Assembly (NCBI GenBank): GCA_963826715.1
Contig: CAWGYA010000007.1
Location: 96,001-160,000 of the forward strand
Length of the DNA stretch: 64,000 nucleotides
Source: Candidatus Bathyarchaeota archaeon
GTDB lineage: Archaea; Thermoproteota; Bathyarchaeia; Bathyarchaeales; Bathycorpusculaceae
Direction: 5' to 3'
In this document: positions 50,000-59,852 of the stretch, in pieces
How positions within the stretch are numbered: the stretch's first letter is position 1
Layout: the number at the start of each line of letters is the position of its first letter
The notes under the pieces: model-generated
What the model was told of the DNA's origin: nothing
Databases searched by the model: none
The model's input: the letters and a program-made list of their open reading frames with translations, nothing else
Made by a program: the position numbers and the translations under genes

Positions 50000-50491
50000 C
50001 TATCTGTTGTACCATATTTTGTTTTTTCGGCGTAGTCTTAAGAGTTGATCTTTTTGTGTGGAAGTAGCGTAAATATATTTGTAGACTTCAATGTCGTCCA
50101 TTAAGCCATTAGCTCTCCTTACGTATACATCAGGAAGGCTTTGACCACTTTTTGAGATATCTTCTTTTAACACCAAAAATTTTTCCTTAGCGTTGACTCT
50201 GCTTAGGAAAAAAAGCGCTTCATTTGCTGTAGAAATTTTCCCTGATGGATAAAAACTACCTTCGGTCCATTTATAGCATTTACATTCACCAACAATATTT
50301 CCGTCGTCTGATACTAAATCGAATTCATGTCGCATCGGAGACCCGTCATCCCTTCTTCCGATTACAAGTGATTTTCTGGATAATTTCCAACCTTTGGCGG
50401 CTTCAAAGGCAGCTTTGACTTTCTTTTCAAAGCTCACGCTTTCTGATTCCATAGGTAATTTTCTAAACTCTTCGGGGGTAATGTCCACCAT
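50000..50491 (-). CDS. PD-(D/E)XK-like nuclease
   Basis: FE...HEFDLVSDDGNIVGECKC. Confidence 0.65.
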   Translation of the reverse strand: MVDITPEEFRKLPMESESVSFEKKVKAAFEAAKGWKLSRKSLVIGRRDDGSPMRHEFDLVSDDGNIVGECKCYKWTEGSFYPSGKISTANEALFFLSRVNAKEKFLVLKEDISKSGQSLPDVYVRRANGLMDDIEVYKYIYATSTQKDQLLRLRRKNKIWYNR

Positions 50492-50603
50492 ATTATCTGA
50501 CCCGTTACAGTTAGCACCTTTTATCGGCTTTAATTCTTATCTACTTCAGGTTTATCTTAAATTTATATAGAACAGCAGCAAGAGCCAAGTGCTAGTTTTT
50601 ACA

Positions 50604-51122
50604 TCAAGTTGTAGGTATAGGTGTAGGCGTTGGAGTGGGTAATACGCTCAATAAAGAGGACGAATCCATAAAGACGACTTGAAGAGTAAGAGTAGCCAGT
50701 AGTATAGTGATGAAGACTATCGGAAGCCAATAGACCAAATTGCGTATCTCAAACCCGGGAATGTCATCGGGATACATTTCGGGGAGATTATCGCTTTTTG
50801 ATAAAGCTTGGGCTTTATCTTTATAGTATTCAATGTATTTGCTACTTCTGTATTGGATAAAGAGCCATACTATACTAAGAAGAATACCTAGAATCACAAC
50901 GAGAAGTTGGAAGATGAATAGCTGAATTGGAATACCGAATGGTTTTTGCGTATATGCTAATGTTAAAAGGCTCATTACAACCAAAAAATAAGTGTTACGA
51001 TTCCAGGTAATACCTGCTTCATGCTCAACTCTGCTTCGGTATAAATTTAATAGCTCCATGCCATCTGGTGTTTTTGTTTCTTGGCCGTCTTGAGGCTGCG
51101 ATTGTTGTGGAGAGTCAGACAT
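50604..51122 (-). CDS. 3-TM membrane protein (possible pore-forming defence effector)
   Basis: LYRSRVEHE..ITWNRNTYFL followed by TM helices. Confidence 0.55.
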   Translation of the reverse strand: MSDSPQQSQPQDGQETKTPDGMELLNLYRSRVEHEAGITWNRNTYFLVVMSLLTLAYTQKPFGIPIQLFIFQLLVVILGILLSIVWLFIQYRSSKYIEYYKDKAQALSKSDNLPEMYPDDIPGFEIRNLVYWLPIVFITILLATLTLQVVFMDSSSLLSVLPTPTPTPIPTT

Positions 51123-51671
51123 TGCAATAAGTGTTACCGCTTTTGTGCTTATTTGAATTCCTATAAGCTATTTTCAAGCTCGGCAAGCAGACAGAGTACT
51201 ATCGTTAAATCAGCGTTTTTTTGGTTTTTATACTCATTAAGTGCGTTGAATAGTGCTTTCCTAAGGTTTACTGTGAACCCCGCGAATCTTTGGTCGGAAT
51301 CAAAGAAATACATTGGTTGCCTAGAAAAGATGTTCTAAGAGTCTATTTGCCGCGTTGTTGTCAGAAGTATTCTTTGCGATGTACGCAGTTAAAGCATTTT
51401 TTATAGCTGATACTTCATCTTCATCAAGCCACTCTTGTTTTTTAACGTTTGACAAAGTTAGCCCTCGCACTGTTCAATCGTGTGATAGCTCTCAATTTAA
51501 CTGTTATGCTATACCGTATTCTCATTATCTCTTCGGAAAGGATTTAGTTGATTTCATCAGTTCTTCTAAGGACTTTCTAACGCATCAACTGATTCCCCGA
51601 GCCAAGGAGCATTTTATCATATTTTCATCGCTCGTATGTGCCAATGCAGGTCTCCATAGATAGAACACACT

Positions 51672-52823
51672 CTAGCCACTTTCCTTTAGCAACTTCTCGA
51701 ACCATTCCTGCTTCCCGAACCTTTCCTGTAATTCAAGAAATCTTTTACACGTAAACTGCTCAGGGCAAATAGGACATGTGAATTGGTTGCGTTCAGCTGC
51801 TTCTAATAACACTTGTTTTATCTGTGAATCCCTTATTTGCTTAGAATACCGTGGACCATGCCCAAAAACTAGTCCTCTTAAACTCGGCAACTGCTGGAAG
51901 AAGAATAACTGCTTCTCTTTTTCACACTTATTTTCCTCGTTTTCTTGCTCTTCCATACCCTCCGACAATTCTTTTATTATAGTCTCCTGAAATTGTTCCC
52001 CAAACTCCCAAGAGTAGAATCCTACATCGGTATAGATGGCCATTATGAGTAGATAAATTACAATGTCTGACGTCTGTACTGCAAGTTGGAAAACTTTCTT
52101 GAATTCCTTTGGTTCGTAATAAACAAAGGGTATTATCTCAGATTCTATTCTGAAGTCTCTCAAGTTTGTGTGTGTATAGCTGGAAAGCTGGCTATATGTA
52201 AAATAAATTAACTCAGCTTTTTTATGATCTCCATATTCTAAACCGTCAAGCCAACGATTCTCAATAGCATTGGGAAGGTTACCAATTCCACGAAGTTTGG
52301 TAGGTCGCTTTTTTTCTTTGCCAACTCGTTTATTTTTTACCCAAGTTGTCAGCTTGCTATTCTTACTGAAGTCTTTGGATACTGAGTCGGTAAACTCGAG
52401 GAATTCTATAAATTCTTCAAAAGTCATGCTTGCTCCTTTATGCGTCGCATCACCAGTTAGGATCGATTTGTCATCAACAGCGACGAAAGCTTTTATCGTG
52501 GTTTCTAACATCCAACGGAGAGTACGAGCTGCAGAATCGTATGCCCCGCCTGTAATCATTAGCACAACTCCGTTGAATTCTCTGGAAATAATTCGAGTTA
52601 GCTTTCCAGGAAGCGAGGACCCTTCTTCTATTAAACAATCATCGATGTATTTGCCACATTTGCTTTTATACAAATGCGGAATTTTTGTCTCAAGCCACTC
52701 ATACAAAATACTAATTTCTTGTAATAAGGCTAGACGTTTCTGGTTGGTTTTAGCTCTCGAAGTATAATTAAACACGTGGATAAAGTGGTCGGGTAATCGA
52801 GTGGGCATTTTACATCCCTGCAA
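51672..52823 (-). CDS. HEPN-like (DUF5677-type) protein with C-terminal Cys cluster
   Basis: YDSAARTLRWMLE; YSQLSSYTH; CPICPEQFTC. Confidence 0.55.
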   Translation of the reverse strand: MQGCKMPTRLPDHFIHVFNYTSRAKTNQKRLALLQEISILYEWLETKIPHLYKSKCGKYIDDCLIEEGSSLPGKLTRIISREFNGVVLMITGGAYDSAARTLRWMLETTIKAFVAVDDKSILTGDATHKGASMTFEEFIEFLEFTDSVSKDFSKNSKLTTWVKNKRVGKEKKRPTKLRGIGNLPNAIENRWLDGLEYGDHKKAELIYFTYSQLSSYTHTNLRDFRIESEIIPFVYYEPKEFKKVFQLAVQTSDIVIYLLIMAIYTDVGFYSWEFGEQFQETIIKELSEGMEEQENEENKCEKEKQLFFFQQLPSLRGLVFGHGPRYSKQIRDSQIKQVLLEAAERNQFTCPICPEQFTCKRFLELQERFGKQEWFEKLLKESG

Positions 52824-52955
52824 TCAGTGTTTAAGATTGTTTACCGGTCAATTGATTGTTTATCATAGAAAGTGCATTATTATATTTAAGCGGTTTATCG
52901 CTTAGCCTAGATTTAATATTGGAGATGATGCAATTGATAGTAGGGTTACCCCTAA

Positions 52956-54221
52956 ATGGCTGAAATTGAAGAACAATGTTGTGAGGATTGTGGTTCCGAG
53001 GGTGAAATAGGGGACGGTCTTATTCGATGTCCAAGGCTCGAGAAGACTAAAAATCGGAAAATCTTATGGATACATAAAAAATGTTGTGCAACCGACCAAT
53101 TAACATACCAAAGAAAACTGCGCTTGCTGGGAAAGGAAGCACAGATACCAGGGATTGAAGAATGTTCAAAATGTGAACAGGGAAAAGAAGCAATAAAAGA
53201 AGGCGGTTACGACAGCTGGCCATGCTGTGAGAGTTGGGATTGTGACGTAGATTTTAAGGGTTTAACAAAGGAAGTTTGGCGTGGCATACCTGTCTATGTG
53301 CCGCCAGATAAAATATGGGCTATTACAAATGAAGGCGATCGGCTATTAGAATTATTTAAACCACTAAACATTGTAACTAGTTCCATAATTGACGAAGAAG
53401 CCCAAGTTTACTATGTTAAAGACCATAAGAAGAACATCACTGCATACTCACTTCAGTCTTTGAATGAAATTGAAAAAAGGCTCCCGTGGGGGTTTGGTAG
53501 CACTGAAAAATTTAGGGCGGCTAATGGTCCACTTTGTATTTTAAGTGAGCTTTATGATAATCCATTCGGTGCAATGCTGGCACCCTGGTTGTGCAACAAA
53601 GGCAAGGATATCAAACAGATAGGCCTCGATTTAGCCACTAAGTTTAGGATTAAATATTTTGAAGCAGAGAAATTTTTTGGTGTAGATCTTGCGGCGAATC
53701 ATGAAACGCTCAAGTGTAAAATACAAAGTTTGTCTGAAAACGCGTTTATTCAAGAAATTCTAGTTCCAGTATTAAAAGCTCAAGACTTTCAATCAGTTAA
53801 GCCTATTTCTTTCCACGGTCCGGGTGAATGCGGCGGAGATTTTCATCCATTCTATAAGGTGAATGAATTTGGAAAAATTGTGTATTATTCCGCCCAAGCC
53901 AAAGCTGTCAAGATTCATGCGACCTCTGGAAAGAAAGAAGGTAACGTAAATCAACTAATCGATGAACTTAAAAAGCTCTTTAGAACACCTTTCCCAACAT
54001 TCGTTGACAACACTCAAAAGAGAATTACGCAAGCTTTCGTTTTCTGTTCGCAAGATATTACAAAGGAAGCAAGTGATCAATTATTTAACGAATTTGAAGA
54101 AAGACAGCAAATACTTCTTATCGATATTGACGACATAGTTGATGCTGTACTAGAGAGAGGGTTGGCCAGCCAAATACTGGATAGTTGTATGAAGAAAGAA
54201 ACGATCGATTCAAAACTTTAG
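52956..54221 (+). CDS. Cys-rich N-terminus + Mrr-like PD-(D/E)XK restriction endonuclease domain
   Basis: ENAFIQEILVP...HGPGECGGDF...SAQAKA...ITKEA...LIDIDD. Confidence 0.65.
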   Translation: MAEIEEQCCEDCGSEGEIGDGLIRCPRLEKTKNRKILWIHKKCCATDQLTYQRKLRLLGKEAQIPGIEECSKCEQGKEAIKEGGYDSWPCCESWDCDVDFKGLTKEVWRGIPVYVPPDKIWAITNEGDRLLELFKPLNIVTSSIIDEEAQVYYVKDHKKNITAYSLQSLNEIEKRLPWGFGSTEKFRAANGPLCILSELYDNPFGAMLAPWLCNKGKDIKQIGLDLATKFRIKYFEAEKFFGVDLAANHETLKCKIQSLSENAFIQEILVPVLKAQDFQSVKPISFHGPGECGGDFHPFYKVNEFGKIVYYSAQAKAVKIHATSGKKEGNVNQLIDELKKLFRTPFPTFVDNTQKRITQAFVFCSQDITKEASDQLFNEFEERQQILLIDIDDIVDAVLERGLASQILDSCMKKETIDSKL

Positions 54222-54249
54222 TAACTCATCGTCTTTCGCTTTCAACATA

Positions 54250-54687
54250 GTCCATGACTCCATGGTAAACGTTATGAGAGCCCAATGCCAACCTCGTTTT
54301 TCTGCAATATGTACACCTAATTCTTTTCCAAGCGTTTATCCATTTTCTGGATTCTTCTACTTACTAGGTGACGGGTTACTTCAAATGCTCAAGTTTGGCC
54401 TGCAAATCTTCTGGCAATAAACCGGGATTACCTGCTTCATAGAGAAGTTGTATTATTTCTCTATCAATCTCATCACAGCAGGTCATTTGCTCAACTAATG
54501 ATTGATTAAAACTAAAAGAGCTTTTTAAACCAGCAAAAATAGTTCGCAGCATTAGCATTAGCTTAATCTCCTTAACTTCCCGTAAGATCTGCTTGAGTAG
54601 TTGCTGGTTTTACTTTAGGCGACCTATTTTGTCGCTTTGGCTGCGCTTCTTTTTCTGGTTCTGAACAGGCTTTTGGCTCTCTTCCAT
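54250..54687 (-). pseudogene. Disrupted HTH protein gene
   Basis: MEESQKPVQNQKKRSQSDKIGRLK* in-frame TAA; continues DEIDREIIQLLYEAG...; later frameshift. Confidence 0.55.
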
Positions 54688-54860
54688 GTCAGAATGCACA
54701 CTCCATGTTTTCTGCTCCATCAACGCATGGCAAAATTAGCAGTGGGTAATCAGGACTAACGAACTGTAGATTTGTGACTTCTGAAAAACATGGACTTTTC
54801 CCATGCCCTCGCACAGGGTCCAAAAGTGCTTTTGAACACCTTTTAACTTCCAAAACCGCT

Positions 54861-55784
54861 CTAAGCAACGTAAGCCATCCCGCCTTTACTGTTCTCCAGT
54901 GAACCTTTTGGTTTACTTTGCTGGACAGGATTTGCATCAAAAAGATTTGAAAGAATACCAGCTACCTTCTGAAGCGCCTCGCTGTTCTTAATCTCGGTTT
55001 TCTCCAACTTGTCAAGCTTATCTAAAGCATTATCCATCGTATCGGAAAAACTAGCGATAACTTCAATTGAATCCGGGTGAGTGCGATCCCCAACCTTAAT
55101 CACAAGGCCATGACTCTGCTCAAAATCTCGAATCACCATATACGGCAACCGCTCTCCTGCACAATAGGGAAAATGGCCACTCTTTGGGCGAATCCGCTCC
55201 AAAACCTGGCTAAGCACCTTAAAGTCAGTTACCAACCCAGAGTTAACAAAAGCATCACAAAACAACTGCTTAGCCTTCCCCAAATTCCCCGGACGCCGAA
55301 CATTTAACCCAACTAAACCAGTTTCAAACCAAACAGCCCGACCAAACTTGCCCTTCCAGATCCAAAAACGATTCCTCGCCCTAGAAGCCACCCAACCAAA
55401 ACCGAGCCCTTTTTTGTTCCAATCTGTCTGCACAACGCACCTAAGAGCTACACTTAGCTCTAAATCCAGCCTACCCTTCGCTTTAAAGCAGTGGAAATTT
55501 GAACACTTTGAACCTCGTTCATTTCTATAGTAATACTTCCACTCCCACTTAGTCTTAGAGACGTAGTTGTGGTATCGTTTGTATGTTAAATTCAGCAGTT
55601 CGCAGATTTGTTTGGGCGTTAACAATGGGTTGGATTGGCCTTCGCCGTCGAGAAGCTCGAAGATTTGTTTGCGCAGATTATTACTATTACCACTCTTACA
55701 GTAAGAGTCTGTCTTGCCTGTAGTGTCGGTCGATTGCTTAGCCAAAAAAATTAGCTCCTTTTCCCGTTTGAGACTCTTTCGCAT
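54861..55784 (-). CDS. wHTH-containing protein, candidate replication initiator of the provirus
   Basis: LTPKQICELL HTH; size and layout resemble 57633..58583; internal palindrome at 55692..55708. Confidence 0.45.
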   Translation of the reverse strand: MRKSLKREKELIFLAKQSTDTTGKTDSYCKSGNSNNLRKQIFELLDGEGQSNPLLTPKQICELLNLTYKRYHNYVSKTKWEWKYYYRNERGSKCSNFHCFKAKGRLDLELSVALRCVVQTDWNKKGLGFGWVASRARNRFWIWKGKFGRAVWFETGLVGLNVRRPGNLGKAKQLFCDAFVNSGLVTDFKVLSQVLERIRPKSGHFPYCAGERLPYMVIRDFEQSHGLVIKVGDRTHPDSIEVIASFSDTMDNALDKLDKLEKTEIKNSEALQKVAGILSNLFDANPVQQSKPKGSLENSKGGMAYVA

Positions 55785-55955
55785 GCTGGAGAAGATGCTA
55801 TGCGGTTAACTGATTTTCTGCCTTTCATAGCCGGCTCGGTGCAACGTTCACACCAAAAAACGCAGTCCATACAGTAGAAAATGTCTGATGAAGTTGATTG
55901 ATGAACGGTTAGTTTGGTTGATTTAAAATTAGGCGATAAAAAAGAGGAAGAAAAA

Positions 55956-55972
55956 TGGTACTTTTTAACGTG
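55956..55972 (-). repeat. Right arm of 17-bp inverted repeat
   Basis: tggtactttttaacgtg; 16/17 to the left arm. Confidence 0.8.
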
Positions 55973-55977
55973 AGCAT

Positions 55978-56000
55978 TGGTGGGGCCGCTGGGATTTGAA
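55978..56000 (-). repeat. Right att core: 23-nt tRNA 3'-end fragment (T-loop to CCA; Pro-like acceptor stem)
   Basis: Reverse complement TTCAAATCCCAGCGGCCCCACCA; rest of the tRNA absent. Confidence 0.85.
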
Positions 56001-56250
56001 GGCGGACCACCGAGGCGACATTTTTCCAGTTATCGCCACAATGTCTGTTTAAGCTCCGCAGCCTTCTTCCTTTTTTTCCTAACAATGCCCACTTGGAGGC
56101 TAACCCATTGAATCAGAAGCAGATAGATGCTGCCACGGTTGTCCTTCGAATTGTCCTTTCAGGATTAGCCCTCAATTTTGATGCAGATTTCCATGAGCTT
56201 GAAGAAATTACCAAGCGTGCCCTACTTCAGATAGAACAGGAGCCTATTTC

Positions 56251-56781
56251 TTGAGCATCACTTTTACTTACCTACGTCAGCCTCTTAATCGCTATACATT
56301 CAAGGCGCCAAAAACTAAGGCATGGGTAGAAGAGCAGTGCAAAGGCAAATATGTGCTTAACCTGTTTGCAGGTCCCACACGATTGATGGGTTGCATTGAA
56401 GTCGCCAACGACCTAGACGATTTGCCGTATACTCTTTTTAGGATGGATGCCCTGGACTGCGCCAAACATCTCGGGGAAAGAGGCGAGTTATTCGATGTTA
56501 TTTTGCTAGACCCGCCGTATAGTTACCGCAAAAGCATGGAGCTCTACAATGGCCACAAGAATAGCCGTTTCAAGCAGCTGCTCGATGTTCTGCCTGATAT
56601 TTTGACGCCTCTCGGCTGGGTTATTACTTTTGGGTATCATAGTCGCGTTATGGGTGCTAGCCGAGGCTTTAGGATTCATGAAATTTGTCTGATTAGTCAT
56701 GGTGGGACTCAGCATGATACGATCGCTACGGTTGAGATGCGAATCCAAGTAACGAAAGGAGAAATCAAAGATGAGCAATAA
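56251..56781 (+). CDS. Small amino-methyltransferase (DPPY)
   Basis: VLNLFAG (motif I), DVILLDPPY (motif IV). Confidence 0.8.
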   Translation: MSITFTYLRQPLNRYTFKAPKTKAWVEEQCKGKYVLNLFAGPTRLMGCIEVANDLDDLPYTLFRMDALDCAKHLGERGELFDVILLDPPYSYRKSMELYNGHKNSRFKQLLDVLPDILTPLGWVITFGYHSRVMGASRGFRIHEICLISHGGTQHDTIATVEMRIQVTKGEIKDEQ

Positions 56782-57325
56782 AGTTAGTTTTGTTCTAAAT
56801 CGCAATCCGCCGTATATAGATACGATCGTTCCGTATGAGCGGACTAAAGCGGAAATTGAGATTCTGCTGAAAAGCTACGGGATAAAGAATATTCGCTGGA
56901 CCACTCTTGAAGGCCAGGATGACACTTTAGAGTTCATAATTGACGCTGAAGTGCAGGGTATAAAGAAGCAATTAGGCGTCGCCGTTAAGCCCCCTCATAT
57001 TATCGTCAAAAAGAAGCTTCATGGCAAACTCGTTGATACTGAGAACATTAACCAGGAGTACCGGCTGCTGTTTCATTGGATAAAAAGCAAGATTGAGGCG
57101 GTCGTTTGGGGTCTTAGCACAATCGAGAAAGAATTCCTCAGCGAAGTTTTGATGAAACTGCCCAACGGACAACAATCAACAGTTGGCGACGTGGTCGTAA
57201 ATTTGATGAGTAAAGATACGCTGCAGAGCTTGCCTTTCTACAATTCCCGACAGACTGAGCTTCCTCGCCGAGTAATTGAGCCTGAAGTAATTCTGCCCTC
57301 CGAAGATAATTCGGGAGGTTCATAG
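56771..57325 (+). CDS. Conserved viral/plasmid hypothetical protein
   Basis: T.V..ERTKAEIE.LL..YG...RLLFHWIKSKIEAV..G. Confidence 0.6.
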   Translation: MSNKVSFVLNRNPPYIDTIVPYERTKAEIEILLKSYGIKNIRWTTLEGQDDTLEFIIDAEVQGIKKQLGVAVKPPHIIVKKKLHGKLVDTENINQEYRLLFHWIKSKIEAVVWGLSTIEKEFLSEVLMKLPNGQQSTVGDVVVNLMSKDTLQSLPFYNSRQTELPRRVIEPEVILPSEDNSGGS

Positions 57326-57326
57326 T

Positions 57327-57629
57327 TTGGGATATTTTCGTATGGGTCCTCGGAATATTCTTCAGCCTTTGCTTGACCAGGCTGATTTAGAGCAGCAGTC
57401 GCTGGGTGCTCCTGCAAAAAAGACGTTGCTTGAGATTGCAGACATGCTGGTTCGGTGGGCGCCTAACTTGTATAGCAGCCTAAGCGACCCCGGTTACTCT
57501 GATAAGGAGAAGACTGCTGCTAAAGCCTTGCTGAAAAAGTATGGTTTAGAGAAGCTTGGGAATCTGAGTCCCCGATACAAAAAGATGACTCTGCAAGCTA
57601 TTAGGGCAGAGTTAGCTAAGGGGGCTTAA
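57327..57629 (+). CDS. Hypothetical protein
   Basis: Operonic ORF with GGAGG upstream. Confidence 0.5.
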   Translation: MGYFRMGPRNILQPLLDQADLEQQSLGAPAKKTLLEIADMLVRWAPNLYSSLSDPGYSDKEKTAAKALLKKYGLEKLGNLSPRYKKMTLQAIRAELAKGA

Positions 57630-57632
57630 TTT

Positions 57633-58583
57633 TTGGCTGTAACATCTGTTACCTCTTCATGTAAGTCTTGTAACACCAGTTACAACAGTTACGGATCCTA
57701 CGGTTACAGCGTAGAAGCCCAAGTACTCCATGCGATCGAAGATTCGGAAATTGAGCTTACGCCAGCAGAGATTGCACGAAAAATCCATGCACCAAACAAA
57801 CCAACCAAGGGGCAATACACAACTGTCCGAGTATTCTGCCGACGCTTACTCGAAAAGGGGCAAATGCGTCAGCCTTATCCTGGAGCTTACTGTAGCAAAA
57901 TCACCCACGGGGTGCGGTTTGAACCTCTCTCAGTTCACAACATTACTCTTCGCAGTTTTGTTTGCCAAGACGTTAAGCATTGGGAGAAGGATGAGGTTGT
58001 TGGGGGTGTAAAGATTCATGTTTGTTTTGGGTCGGAAAGGCGAAAGGTCACTGGATATATTGCTTGTGACGTTGGCGGTATGAGCCACGACGCTTGCCTT
58101 TTGGCTTTAAATCGCTGGTTTGACCTAGTCAACAGTCGTTTGGGCTTTCAGCTTAACGATTTGGAAATTTTAACGTTTGAGTGCAACAGGGATCACCAAG
58201 GCGTACGTCTCGACGGTGTTCAATGCATAACAAGAACCGACCTTTGCGGAATGATCGATCGCATCTACCAAAAAGAGGCGTCTTTGGTGCGTGCAGAATG
58301 CAAGGTCCTTAGTCCTATGAGTGTTAACAAGTTTACACAGACCCTTGCCAGCGGCTTTGCAGACTTCAAGAACGCTCAACACATCTCTGAGTTAAAACAG
58401 GGTGTAAACAGCAATACTGAAGCAATAAAGTTTGCAAACAGTCGGCTTCTGCAGATTGAGCGTCAAAATGAGGCAATGGTGGGCGCAATAATTAGGCTTA
58501 CAGAAACTCTAACCAAACCCAACCAAACGGAAGATCCATCGGGTATTAGGGTGCCGAAGAATTTTGAGGGTTATGTTAGGTGA
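57633..58583 (+). CDS. wHTH-containing protein, candidate replication initiator with 5' iteron-like repeats
   Basis: LTPAEIARKI...TVRVFCRRLLEKG; GTAAC/GTTAC repeats 57639-57707. Confidence 0.5.
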   Translation: MAVTSVTSSCKSCNTSYNSYGSYGYSVEAQVLHAIEDSEIELTPAEIARKIHAPNKPTKGQYTTVRVFCRRLLEKGQMRQPYPGAYCSKITHGVRFEPLSVHNITLRSFVCQDVKHWEKDEVVGGVKIHVCFGSERRKVTGYIACDVGGMSHDACLLALNRWFDLVNSRLGFQLNDLEILTFECNRDHQGVRLDGVQCITRTDLCGMIDRIYQKEASLVRAECKVLSPMSVNKFTQTLASGFADFKNAQHISELKQGVNSNTEAIKFANSRLLQIERQNEAMVGAIIRLTETLTKPNQTEDPSGIRVPKNFEGYVR

Positions 58584-59169
58584 CAGTTATGGAGAAATGG
58601 ATATGGAAGAGAGAAAAACAAGTTTGAAAGTTCCGGATGCTTACAGGAGCCTCCTCGAAGACATCCGCAACCTGAAAAGTGATGAAACAAACCCCAACCG
58701 AATGACCAACAAACAGAAAGCCGAGGTCTGGAAGAGCCTCAAAAAGCATGGTTGGATATACCCAATAGTAACCGATCTGCAAGGCATCTTTGGTGATGGC
58801 GAGCAACGAGTGCAAGTATGCCTAGAACATGAAGAATTCAACGCTCCCGTGCTTCGTCTTCAATTATCTGACGTTCAACGCAGGCTTCTAAGACAGACTC
58901 TAAACAAGCTTAGGGGAAAGCATAACCGAGAGCTTGATGAAGCCGATTACAAGCGCATAATTGAGGCTGGCGAGAAAGAAGATTTACAGGCGCTGTTGAC
59001 GGCGATTGGAGAGAAAATTCCCGAAGATCTAGGCGGACCTCAGGAGGGCTCTATGTTGATTCCTGAAAGTTACGAGCTGGTCATTGAGTGCAAAGATGAA
59101 ACTGACCAGAAAGCCAAATTTGACCAATTAACCGCGGCAGGATATGCTGTTAGGGTGCTGAATCTCTAA
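58564..59169 (+). CDS. ParB/Srx-like protein
   Basis: NPNRM...SLKKHGWIYPIV...DGEQRV...LNKLRG; YELVIEC.DE..Q tail. Confidence 0.8.
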   Translation: MRVMLGDSYGEMDMEERKTSLKVPDAYRSLLEDIRNLKSDETNPNRMTNKQKAEVWKSLKKHGWIYPIVTDLQGIFGDGEQRVQVCLEHEEFNAPVLRLQLSDVQRRLLRQTLNKLRGKHNRELDEADYKRIIEAGEKEDLQALLTAIGEKIPEDLGGPQEGSMLIPESYELVIECKDETDQKAKFDQLTAAGYAVRVLNL

Positions 59170-59852
59170 TGGAATTCGATTTTTATAACACCTGGAGGGA
59201 GCCTGACAGTTTCCGAGCGCAGAGCGTCGTAGGAAGCTTCACCCTAAATGATGTTAAGCTGCAGAAGCACTTCAAGGGATCTCTACCCATAGAAGATGAT
59301 GATTGGCAGGTAGGCATAATTGTTGGCCCCAGCGGATCGGGCAAGAGCAGCATCGCAAAAAGACTCTTCCCCAACGAGTACATCACAAGTTTCCAGTACC
59401 AGGGCAAATGCATCCTCGACGACTTTCCGGCTGAGCTTAGCACATCAGAGATTACCCGTATGCTCTGCAGCGTCGGATTTGCTTCTCCACCGGATTGGCT
59501 AAAGGCTTACAGTTGTCTTAGCCAGGGCGAGAAAATGCGAGTTGACGTCGCAAGGGCATTATGCCTGCCTCAGAAATGCATTGTCTTCGACGAATTTACC
59601 AGCGTCGTGGACCGAGAAGTTGCTAAAATCGGATCCTACGCCATCAGCAAAGCCGTCCGAGTCCAAAGCGGAAAACAATTCATAGCGGTCACCTGCCACT
59701 TCGACGTCATAGACTGGCTAGAAGTCGATTGGGTCTTCAACACCGATACAATGGAGTTTGACCGAAAAAAAGAAGTCGGCCGCCCGTTGAGCTCAAAGTT
59801 TACCGGTGCGGCAATTCCATGTGGAAGAGCTTTCGGCAATATCACTATTTGA
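59169..59852 (+). CDS. ABC-type ATPase (N-part of frameshifted ABC-GNAT)
   Basis: GPSGSGKS, LSQGEKMR, FDEFTSVVDR, VTCH. Confidence 0.85.
   Translation: MEFDFYNTWREPDSFRAQSVVGSFTLNDVKLQKHFKGSLPIEDDDWQVGIIVGPSGSGKSSIAKRLFPNEYITSFQYQGKCILDDFPAELSTSEITRMLCSVGFASPPDWLKAYSCLSQGEKMRVDVARALCLPQKCIVFDEFTSVVDREVAKIGSYAISKAVRVQSGKQFIAVTCHFDVIDWLEVDWVFNTDTMEFDRKKEVGRPLSSKFTGAAIPCGRAFGNITI

Larger units (their letters stand above)
7604..55993. mobile_element. Integrated archaeal head-tail provirus (Caudoviricetes, siphovirus-like), ~48.4 kb, with defence cargo
   Basis: att direct repeats plus inner inverted arms; integrase at the left end; terminase, portal, MCP, protease and tail genes. Confidence 0.85.

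Noticed and set aside
51130-51663. ORFs 51081..51338 and 51355..51663 (+)
   Set aside because: They look like shadows of a decayed minus-strand gene that I could not identify.
55978-56060. Intact tRNA gene
   Set aside because: Only T-loop to CCA is present; the adjacent sequence cannot supply the 5' T-stem, anticodon arm or D arm.
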